Both the position numbers and the translations under genes were made by a program. Positions 1-7,390 of a stretch of DNA of 32,000 nucleotides are shown one piece after another. The notes beneath the pieces are model-generated. The model made no database searches, was not told the origin of the DNA, and worked only from the letters and a program-made list of their open reading frames with translations. Numbering within the stretch: position 1 is the stretch's first letter; each line of letters begins with the position of its first letter. The stretch is from Xylanibacter ruminicola 23 (lineage in GTDB: Bacteria; Bacteroidota; Bacteroidia; Bacteroidales; Bacteroidaceae). The stretch covers positions 2,400,001 to 2,432,000 of the forward strand of contig NC_014033.1 of the NCBI RefSeq assembly GCF_000025925.1, written 5' to 3'.

Positions 1-2
1 AC

Positions 3-254
3 ATTAACCTGGCGGTAAAGGGACTGAAGAACGGCGCCGCCGATTTTATCACCAAGCCTTGGGATAACGACGAACTGCTACGCAAACTGAAAGATGTGCT
101 GGATATGCAGAACGAAATCGTCAGTCTCGACGAAGTGGAACAGGAGCATATCCGTCGCACCATCGACCACTGTCATGGTAATCTCACTCAAGCCGCCCAG
201 TTGTTGGGTATCACCCGTCAGACTCTTTACAACAAGATGAAGCGACTTAGTTAG
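3..254 (+). CDS. Response regulator, C-terminal fragment (end of receiver domain plus Fis-type HTH); the 5' end lies outside the window
   Basis: Frame 3 is open from the window edge to TAG at 252-254. The translation has AVKGLKNGAADFITKPWDNDELL (end of a CheY-like receiver). About 20 aa later comes GNLTQAAQLLGITRQTLYNKMKRL (Fis/NtrC-type HTH). There is no room for an AAA+ module between them in the visible part. Confidence 0.75.
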   Translation: MNLAVKGLKNGAADFITKPWDNDELLRKLKDVLDMQNEIVSLDEVEQEHIRRTIDHCHGNLTQAAQLLGITRQTLYNKMKRLS

Positions 255-279
255 TTGATAGTTGACAGTTGATAGTTAT
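245..279. repeat. Degenerate heptamer tandem array A: acttagt tagttga tagttga cagttga tagttat (reverse complement = CAACTRT units)
   Basis: Read directly from the sequence. Period 7, with 4 clear units plus 1 weak unit. It spans the regulator stop codon (252-254) and the kinase ATG (278-280). Confidence 0.6.
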
Positions 280-1156
280 GGTTACCTTGTGTATTATTAT
301 AGGTGTGGTACTGGTAGTGTTGGTGATAGCCATTGTGCACCACCAGCATAAGTTGCGATTGCGTGCCCACCTGATGAAAGAGGCCATACGCAATCAAGAC
401 TTCTCGTTTCGCCTGCCCACCAACAATCTGTTACCTGGCGAGCGTGCCATGCAGGAAGCGCTCAACGAGCTGGGCGAGAATATCCGTCAACAGATGAACA
501 AGAACGAGGTAGAATCGTGGGAGCGATTAACCCGTGTGCTTACCCACGAGATGATGAACGCCACTGCACCTATCACCAGCATCAGTCAGTCGTTACTGAG
601 CCGTCCCGACGTAAAGGGCACACTCCTCGAAGATGGTATCAAAGCCATCTACGACACCTCGCGCCATCTGAGCGATTTCGTAACCAATTATCGTAAGATG
701 TCGGAGCTCGAAAAGCCTGTCCTTTCCGAAGTGCCCTTGCACCCTATGCTCGACGAGCTTTGCAAAACCTATCAGCAGTTGGCTTGGACCATCGATGTGC
801 CTGCCGATACTATCTTAAAAGCCGATAAGGGCATGCTGCGACAGATATTGATGAACCTCATCAAGAACGCCATCGAGGCCGAAGCCACCAAGATTATCAT
901 TGAACTCACCAACCAGCCATCACCTAACACCCAACACCCATCACCTATCACCCTACTTATCGGCAACGATGGCAGTCCTATCCCTGCCGAAAACCGCCAG
1001 TCGCTGTTTGTGCCATTCTTTACCACCAAGCGCACAGGTAGCGGTATCGGCTTGTCGTTAAGCCGACGAATGATGATACAACAAGGTGGCATGCTGGATC
1101 TGGCAGAAAAGAATCTACCAGGTTGTCATGTTACGTTTGTACTCTCCTCTATCTGA
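278..1156 (+). CDS. Membrane-anchored sensor histidine kinase (HisKA + HATPase_c)
   Basis: The ORF track start at 269 is a TTG; the first ATG is at 278. Motifs seen: N-terminal TM helix VTLCIIIGVVLVVLVIAIV, H-box LTHEMMNATAPI, N-box LIKNAIEA, and G-box TKRTGSGIGLSLS. It follows the response regulator by 23 nt. Confidence 0.85.
   Translation: MVTLCIIIGVVLVVLVIAIVHHQHKLRLRAHLMKEAIRNQDFSFRLPTNNLLPGERAMQEALNELGENIRQQMNKNEVESWERLTRVLTHEMMNATAPITSISQSLLSRPDVKGTLLEDGIKAIYDTSRHLSDFVTNYRKMSELEKPVLSEVPLHPMLDELCKTYQQLAWTIDVPADTILKADKGMLRQILMNLIKNAIEAEATKIIIELTNQPSPNTQHPSPITLLIGNDGSPIPAENRQSLFVPFFTTKRTGSGIGLSLSRRMMIQQGGMLDLAEKNLPGCHVTFVLSSI
917..951. repeat. Degenerate heptamer tandem array B inside the kinase CDS: ccatcac ctaacac ccaacac ccatcac ctatcac
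   Basis: Read directly from the sequence: 5 units, 35 nt. It encodes the 7-aa-periodic peptide PSPNTQH PSPIT, between the N-box and the G1 (NDG) region of the ATPase domain. Confidence 0.6.
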
Positions 1157-2550
1157 GTGGTAGGCCAGTTTACCAAAAACAGTTTTTCGGTAGCACGTGT
1201 AAAAGCGGTGTAAAGCCAGTGGATATAGTCGGGCGTCAACATATCGTCCGTCATATAACCTTGGTCGATATACACATGCGCCCATTGTCCGCCCTGCGCC
1301 TTATGACAGGTAACGGCATAAGCAAACTTTATCTGCAGGGCATTAAAGTATTTATCTTTCTTCAGTTGCTTAATGCGGTCGGCCTTCAGGGGAATATCGG
1401 CATAATCTTCCATTACCGCATTATACAGTTGTTCCTGTTGTTCGCGCGACAGAGCAGGCGATTCGGTAGTCAGCGAATCGAGAATCACGGTAGCCGTGAG
1501 TTCGTAGTTATCGTAATCGGGTAGCGTCATCGTCACATCAGCAAAGCGGAACCCGAACAGTTCGTGAACATTGCGCACACGCTGCACCACAGCGATATCG
1601 CCGTTGGCCAGGAACGATATCTCCTTGGATTGTTCAGTCCAGTAATAGTTGTTCTTCACAATCATCAGTTGGTCGCCACGACACAGTTCGTCTTCGCGAT
1701 CCAGCACCGTGTTTCGGATACCCTGATTGTAGATGTTAGCGCGCTTGTTACTACGGGTAATCACCATCGTCTCGTCCATCCCCACCCTACTGTAGCTGGT
1801 GGCCAGCGATTCTATCAGCTCATCGCCTGGCACACGCACAATATCAGCAAAGCCCTGGAATCGGATTTTGGGCAGAATCCAATCGTCAATCAGCGTTCTG
1901 ATACGGGTAGCATTCCAAAGTATACCCGAATCCTCTGATTGTCTCAGCACCTGGTTCAGGTCGCACTCGTACACTTTCAGACCGTAGGCACGTAGCACAT
2001 CGCTCATCAGCGCCGGACTCTCATCCTCGCCCACAGGTGGCAACTGGGCCTTATCGCCCACCAGCACCATACGACAGTTCTGTCCACTATACACAAACTG
2101 CATCAGGTCGTCCAACAGGCATCCGCTACCAAACGCGCTCTCGCCATAGCCTTGGTTGGCAATCATCGATGCCTCATCTATCATAAACAAGGTATCGCGG
2201 TTATTGTTGAAGTTCAGATTAAAGGCCGAGATATCGCCAGCCGATTTCTGACGATAGATACGACGATGGATGGTGTAAGCCGGATGACCAGCGTTGAGTG
2301 CAAACACCTTTGCTGCACGGCCTGTTGGGGCCAACAGAATCATCTTCTGTTTCAACACATTCATCGCCCTTACGATGGCACCCGCCAAGGTGGTTTTACC
2401 CGTACCTGCCGAACCACGCAGAATCATCACCACGTGGTCGTCGCGGTCGGTCATAAAAAGCGAGAACACGTCGATGGCGTGCTCTTGTTCGGCCGTAGGC
2501 ACCATGCCCATAGCCTCCCGAATGCGGAATTTAAACTCGTCGCTAATCAT
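1126..2550 (-). CDS. SF1 RecD/Pif1-like ATP-dependent DNA helicase
   Basis: Motifs seen: Walker A GSAGTGKTT, Walker B MIDEASM, VGDKAQLPPV, and C-terminal AVTCHKAQGGQW, which together are typical of RecD/TraA/Pif1-type helicases. The ORF track start at 2559 is a GTG; the first ATG is at 2550. Its 3' end overlaps the kinase 3' end by 31 nt. Confidence 0.85.
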   Translation of the reverse strand: MISDEFKFRIREAMGMVPTAEQEHAIDVFSLFMTDRDDHVVMILRGSAGTGKTTLAGAIVRAMNVLKQKMILLAPTGRAAKVFALNAGHPAYTIHRRIYRQKSAGDISAFNLNFNNNRDTLFMIDEASMIANQGYGESAFGSGCLLDDLMQFVYSGQNCRMVLVGDKAQLPPVGEDESPALMSDVLRAYGLKVYECDLNQVLRQSEDSGILWNATRIRTLIDDWILPKIRFQGFADIVRVPGDELIESLATSYSRVGMDETMVITRSNKRANIYNQGIRNTVLDREDELCRGDQLMIVKNNYYWTEQSKEISFLANGDIAVVQRVRNVHELFGFRFADVTMTLPDYDNYELTATVILDSLTTESPALSREQQEQLYNAVMEDYADIPLKADRIKQLKKDKYFNALQIKFAYAVTCHKAQGGQWAHVYIDQGYMTDDMLTPDYIHWLYTAFTRATEKLFLVNWPTTQIEESTNVT

Positions 2551-2572
2551 TTCGGCCACAAAGGTACGAAAA

Positions 2573-2600
2573 ATTAAACATTAAACATTAAACATTAAAA
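2573..2600. repeat. Degenerate heptamer tandem array C: attaaac attaaac attaaac attaaaa
   Basis: Read directly from the sequence. It lies in the divergent intergenic region and ends 10 nt upstream of a TAnnTTTG box. Confidence 0.65.
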
Positions 2601-2609
2601 AAAAAGTAG

Positions 2610-2617
2610 TATCTTTG
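2610..2617 (+). promoter_or_regulatory. Bacteroidota -7 promoter box (tatctttg = TAnnTTTG)
   Basis: Exact match to the Bacteroides sigma-A -7 consensus TAnnTTTG, upstream of the 2627 and 2723 ORFs. Confidence 0.5.
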
Positions 2618-2626
2618 CACCCAGAT

Positions 2627-2722
2627 ATGCATATCAACAACAAATTAGTGAATATTGTGCTGGCTGTGATAGCTGCGTGCTTGCTTGCGCTGTGCGTGGC
2701 CAGTGTGATGAACGTGAAGTAG
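2627..2722 (+). CDS. Candidate 31-aa single-TM peptide (MHINNKLVNIVLAVIAACLLALCVASVMNVK), below the ORF-track cutoff
   Basis: ATG at 2627 lies about 10 nt after the -7 box. The TAG stop at 2720-2722 is directly abutted by the ATG of the next gene (TAGATG). The core is hydrophobic. There is no homology evidence. Confidence 0.3.
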   Translation: MHINNKLVNIVLAVIAACLLALCVASVMNVK

Positions 2723-3523
2723 ATGGACGCGAAGACAACAATCATACGCATAGGGCGCAACACGCTCTCATTCACCGCACTCGATGTTGCCAACACCGTG
2801 CACCCCATCGACTATCGTCCGTACGTGGTTCGCGGCGGTATCTCGATGTCGGCCAATCTGCGCGAGGCATTCAAGACAGGCGACTATGTAGACGAGGATA
2901 CTGCCAAGGTTTTTATCATGGTAGATACCCCTTCGTTGCTGGTACCCATCGAACAGTTCGACGAGAACGACATGGAAGCGCTCTTTTCGTATTCGTACCC
3001 TCCTGGTCAGGAAAAGCGTGTGATACTGTACAATGTATTGCCCGACCTGAAGGCCGTTTGCGTCTTCGCCATCAACAAGAATCTGGATACGGTTATCAAG
3101 GACCGTTTTGAAAGTGGCTATAACTTTGTGCATGCCCTTACGCCTGTTTGGCGCCAACTGCATCAGCGTAGCTTTACTGGTCATCGCAACAAGCTGTATG
3201 GCTACTTCAACAGCAAAAAGCTTCATATCTTCAGTTTCCAGCAGAACCGCTTTAAGTTCTGCAACACGTTTGATGCTGCCCATGCACACGATGCTCTTTA
3301 CTATCTGATGTACGTGTGGAAGCAACTGCGACTGGAACCTGAGCACGACGAACTGCATATCCTAGGCAACATACCCGAAGAAGAGTGGTTGCTGCAGGAG
3401 TTAAAGCGATTCCTGCACAACGCCTACCTGATTAATGCTACGGCCGAATTCCCCGATTCGCCCGCTACCGGCATCAAGGGTATGCCCTACGATTTAATAA
3501 CCTTTATATCACGCGGACGATGA
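2723..3523 (+). CDS. Conserved Bacteroidota hypothetical protein (DUF3822-like, recalled from its pairing with rsmD)
   Basis: A 266-aa ORF with an ATG start and an ATGA overlap with the downstream rsmD. From memory, DUF3822 family genes precede rsmD in Bacteroidales. This was not verified by a search. Confidence 0.6.
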   Translation: MDAKTTIIRIGRNTLSFTALDVANTVHPIDYRPYVVRGGISMSANLREAFKTGDYVDEDTAKVFIMVDTPSLLVPIEQFDENDMEALFSYSYPPGQEKRVILYNVLPDLKAVCVFAINKNLDTVIKDRFESGYNFVHALTPVWRQLHQRSFTGHRNKLYGYFNSKKLHIFSFQQNRFKFCNTFDAAHAHDALYYLMYVWKQLRLEPEHDELHILGNIPEEEWLLQELKRFLHNAYLINATAEFPDSPATGIKGMPYDLITFISRGR

Positions 3524-4071
3524 GAATTATTACAGGTATCTATAAGGGGCGACATTTTGATATCCCCCGCTCGTTCAAGGCACGCCCTACCACCGATTTT
3601 GCCAAGGAGAACATTTTTAATGTACTGAACAGCTATATCGATTTCGAAGGTATCAACGCCCTCGACCTGTTTTCGGGTACTGGTAGTATCTCGCTCGAGC
3701 TGGTATCGCGTGGTTGCGAACATGTGGTAAGTGTTGAGATGGACCGCGACCATCACAAGTTTATTACCGAATGTCTGAAAAAGCTTGATACCGACGTTTG
3801 CCTGCCCTTGCGCGGCGATGTGTTCCGCTATATCAAATCGTGCAAACAGCAGTTCGACTTTATTTTTGCCGATCCCCCTTACGCACTCAAGGAACTGCCC
3901 ACCATCCCTGGACTGATTTTCGAGAAGAACCTGCTGAAGGATGGCGGTATCCTGGTGTTCGAGCATGGTAAGGAGCACGATTTTTCTAACGCCCCACACT
4001 TTGTAGAGCATCGCAGCTATGGTAGCGTAAACTTTTCGATTTTCAGAAAAGAGGCGACAGCATCCTTGTAA
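3520..4071 (+). CDS. rsmD: 16S rRNA (guanine966-N2)-methyltransferase RsmD
   Basis: The 183-aa size is typical. Motifs seen: SAM-binding LDLFSGTGSISLE and FADPPY (the DPPY motif of N-methyltransferases). Confidence 0.85.
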   Translation: MRIITGIYKGRHFDIPRSFKARPTTDFAKENIFNVLNSYIDFEGINALDLFSGTGSISLELVSRGCEHVVSVEMDRDHHKFITECLKKLDTDVCLPLRGDVFRYIKSCKQQFDFIFADPPYALKELPTIPGLIFEKNLLKDGGILVFEHGKEHDFSNAPHFVEHRSYGSVNFSIFRKEATASL

Positions 4072-5461
4072 CACTCTCCCACAGGCGTACCAGGAAATTG
4101 TTACGCATGCGTTTCTTCAAGTCCTTCAGCAGTACACTCTGCTCAAGGTCGCGTAAGAAAATGGTTTTCATTCGCATAGCCACACCTTCGTCGAAAAAGA
4201 AGATGTTGGCCTCGAAGTTATTCTCGAAACTACGGAAATCGAGATTGGTTGATCCACAGGTGGTGATAGCATCATCGCACACCAGCATTTTTGAGTGCAG
4301 GAAACCAGCCTCGTACAAGCTAACCTGTACACCTGCCTCAAGCACCTCGCGCAGATAGCTCCTGCTAGCCCACTCCACAAACTTGGCATCACTGCGTAAC
4401 GGACAAATCACTCGCACATCCACACCACCCAAAGCGGCTGTTTTCAGGGCAAACAGCACCGAATCGTTAGGCAGGAAATAAGGCGTTTCGAGATACAGAT
4501 AACGCTTGGCACCTAAGATAATGCGCACATAACCCTGCATAATCTCAGGGTAAGGCGTGGTAGGACCGCTGGTAACCACCTGTGCCAGACAGTTGTTGTT
4601 GATATCCTCGCATCGTGGATAGTACTTTTTATCCGACAACAAGGTACGATCCACAAAATACCAGTCAACCAGGAACGCACGCTGTAAGGCATGCACACCA
4701 CCTCCGCTAACCCTCAGCATGGTGTCGCGCCAAGGCATATCGCCAGTACCTTTTACGTAGCGCTGGGCAATATTCATACCACCGATATAGCCCACCAGAC
4801 CATCAATCACAATAATCTTGCGGTGGTTACGATAGTTCACCTTACTGGTAAACGACGGGAATCGCACAGGCATAAACGAGCGCACCTCGATACCCGCCTC
4901 GCGCATCCGTTCAAAAAAGCGATGGTGCACATTCCAACACCCCACATCATCGTAAATCACCTTTACCTCAACACCCTCACGGGCCTTGTCAATCAAGGCA
5001 TCGGCCACCAACATGCCCAGGGCGTCGTCGGCAAAAATATACATATCCAGATGTATGTGATCCTTGGCCTTGCCGATATCCTCCATCAGCTCGGCTATAA
5101 ACTGATAGCCATCGGTACAGATATCCACCAGGTTGTCCTTAAAAGGCAGCGACAGGTTCTGGTTAATAAACAAGTCAATCAATGGTTTGTGGCGCTCGGG
5201 CAGTCGCAGGTTCTGTTGCTCAGCAAACTCCAGCATCGAACGCTTGGTAAGCTGGTTCATCGAACGTTCGCTCACATAGCGCTCCTTGCGATGGTTAATG
5301 CCAAAAAACAAATAAAAGACGATGCCCACCACTGGCACAAAATAAATCACCAGCGCCCAAGCCATCGTCTTTGCAGGTTGACGGTTGTCCATAATCACGT
5401 GTACCACCGCCATGATAGCAATGATCTGGTACACTATGAATATGATATTCAGCCAACTCAT
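4043..5461 (-). CDS. cls: Cardiolipin synthase (PLD superfamily, two HKD motifs)
   Basis: Two N-terminal TM helices and two HxK motifs (HRKIIVIDG and HSKMLVCDD). ATGA overlap with dnaG. Confidence 0.9.
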   Translation of the reverse strand: MSWLNIIFIVYQIIAIMAVVHVIMDNRQPAKTMAWALVIYFVPVVGIVFYLFFGINHRKERYVSERSMNQLTKRSMLEFAEQQNLRLPERHKPLIDLFINQNLSLPFKDNLVDICTDGYQFIAELMEDIGKAKDHIHLDMYIFADDALGMLVADALIDKAREGVEVKVIYDDVGCWNVHHRFFERMREAGIEVRSFMPVRFPSFTSKVNYRNHRKIIVIDGLVGYIGGMNIAQRYVKGTGDMPWRDTMLRVSGGGVHALQRAFLVDWYFVDRTLLSDKKYYPRCEDINNNCLAQVVTSGPTTPYPEIMQGYVRIILGAKRYLYLETPYFLPNDSVLFALKTAALGGVDVRVICPLRSDAKFVEWASRSYLREVLEAGVQVSLYEAGFLHSKMLVCDDAITTCGSTNLDFRSFENNFEANIFFFDEGVAMRMKTIFLRDLEQSVLLKDLKKRMRNNFLVRLWESVTRMLSPLF

Positions 5462-7389
5462 CGTCCTAATTTCTTTGCCACTTCCTTATATATCAAGTCA
5501 ACATGTTGATACTCGGCCAGCGTTGCCATCACATCGCCCTCGCCTTTCTTGATAGAGGCCAACAGTTCCTTCACCTTGGCACCCAGGCAGTAATAACGGA
5601 AGTCGAGCACAATATGCTCCACATGCGACCGCAAACCGCCCTCACGTTCTTTCAGTTGGAATCCCTTACCCAGCTGATATGAATCCACAGCCATGCTGGC
5701 CGCTATCGAACTGATTTCGTAATCGGTATGGCGCGTCAGGTATTCCTCGGCCTTAAAACCTTCTTCGCCGCAATGAGCCACCACCTCTTGCAGAATCTTG
5801 TTATATACAGGCTTACTGAAACTCAGTCCGTCCTCGCCCATATCGTAGCTGATAAACTGTGCTACCGAGAGGTTGATGGTTTGCCCGTCTTCGGTCTGAA
5901 GGTTTTCGTAGATAATCTTCTCGCCATCGCGAACAATGGTTTTGATCAACAGGTCCTCTACCTGCTGAATCTGGTCGCTGATGGTATGCAGACCGATAGC
6001 CATGGGCTTGCCCTGCGCCTCGCGCTCCTGTTGGATGGCGTTCTGTGTCTGCTCGCGATTGTATTCCTTTTCCTTCTCCTCGCGATCGCGACTAATCATG
6101 CCGTTCATCGATTGGAGCAGGGTTTCCTCCTTGATGCCCAAACGGCGCGACAACTGGGTCAGATACTCATCGCGCAACAGGTTATCATCCACCACCGAGA
6201 TACTCTTCACAATACCACCGATAGCCTCCGAACGCTTCACGGGGTCGCTCACGTTCTCAACCGTCAGTTTGGTTTTGAACGAGATAAAGTCCTCGGCATG
6301 CTCTTCGATATACGCCTTGAACTCCTGGGCGGTATGCTTACGTGAGAACGAATCCGGGTCGTCGCCATCGGGCAGTAACAGCACTTTTACCTTCATGCCT
6401 TCGGCCAACAGCATATCTGTTCCTCGCATGGCGGCATGGATACCGGCCTCGTCGCCATCATACAGCAGGATGATGTTAGGCGTAAATCGTCGCAGAAGTT
6501 TTATCTGATATTTCGAGAGAGCCGTACCACTGTTGGCTACCACATTCTCCAGTCCGCACTGGTGCATGGCAATCACATCGGTATAGCCCTCAACCATATA
6601 CACACAGTCTTCCTTGGCAATGGCTTTCTTACCTTGGTACAAACCATACAGCTCGCGCTCCTTGTGGTAGATTTCCGAGTCGGGCGAGTTCACGTATTTC
6701 TGTTGCACACCCTTGGTACGCGCATCCAGCAGTCGTCCACCAAAGGCCACCACCTTTCCACTTACGTTGAACCAGGGGAAGATAACACGACCCGCATAGC
6801 GATCGTACACACCCTTCTCGCCTTTGATACACAAGCCCGTCTTAATCAGGAACTCCTCCTGATAGCCCGCTTTCTTAGCGGCAATATCAAGCGCATCGCG
6901 CTTTGAAAGCGAGAAACCCAGGTTGAACTTCTCCACAATATCATCGCGGATACCACGACTACGGAAGTACTGGCGACCGATGGCCACACCGTCGGGATCG
7001 TTGTTCAGCACATCCTTAAAGTAGTTCATGGCCCACTCGTTAACAATGAACATCGACTCGCGGTCGCTCTGCTCACGTTTCTCCTCCTCGGTCAGTTCCT
7101 TTTCCTGTATCTCGATATTGTATTTCTTGGCCAGCCAGCGCAGGGCCTCGGGATAGGTAATCTGCTCGTGCTTCATCAGGAAGTTGATGGCCGTTCCGCC
7201 CTCACCACACGAGAAACACTTGCATATCTGCTTGGTTGGCGACACCATGAACGATGGCGTTTTATCGTCGTGGAACGGGCACAAGCCTTTATAGTTAACG
7301 CCCGATTTTCGCAGCGTTACAAACTCGCCCACCACGTCAACGATGTTCGTGGCATCAAGAATCTTGTCTATCGTTTGTCTGTCAATCAT
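5458..7389 (-). CDS. dnaG: DNA primase
   Basis: Zinc-ribbon CPFHDDKTPSF...CFSCGEGG and Toprim motifs EGYTDV and DGDEAG. Length 643 aa. Confidence 0.95.
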   Translation of the reverse strand: MIDRQTIDKILDATNIVDVVGEFVTLRKSGVNYKGLCPFHDDKTPSFMVSPTKQICKCFSCGEGGTAINFLMKHEQITYPEALRWLAKKYNIEIQEKELTEEEKREQSDRESMFIVNEWAMNYFKDVLNNDPDGVAIGRQYFRSRGIRDDIVEKFNLGFSLSKRDALDIAAKKAGYQEEFLIKTGLCIKGEKGVYDRYAGRVIFPWFNVSGKVVAFGGRLLDARTKGVQQKYVNSPDSEIYHKERELYGLYQGKKAIAKEDCVYMVEGYTDVIAMHQCGLENVVANSGTALSKYQIKLLRRFTPNIILLYDGDEAGIHAAMRGTDMLLAEGMKVKVLLLPDGDDPDSFSRKHTAQEFKAYIEEHAEDFISFKTKLTVENVSDPVKRSEAIGGIVKSISVVDDNLLRDEYLTQLSRRLGIKEETLLQSMNGMISRDREEKEKEYNREQTQNAIQQEREAQGKPMAIGLHTISDQIQQVEDLLIKTIVRDGEKIIYENLQTEDGQTINLSVAQFISYDMGEDGLSFSKPVYNKILQEVVAHCGEEGFKAEEYLTRHTDYEISSIAASMAVDSYQLGKGFQLKEREGGLRSHVEHIVLDFRYYCLGAKVKELLASIKKGEGDVMATLAEYQHVDLIYKEVAKKLGR

Positions 7390-7390
7390 C

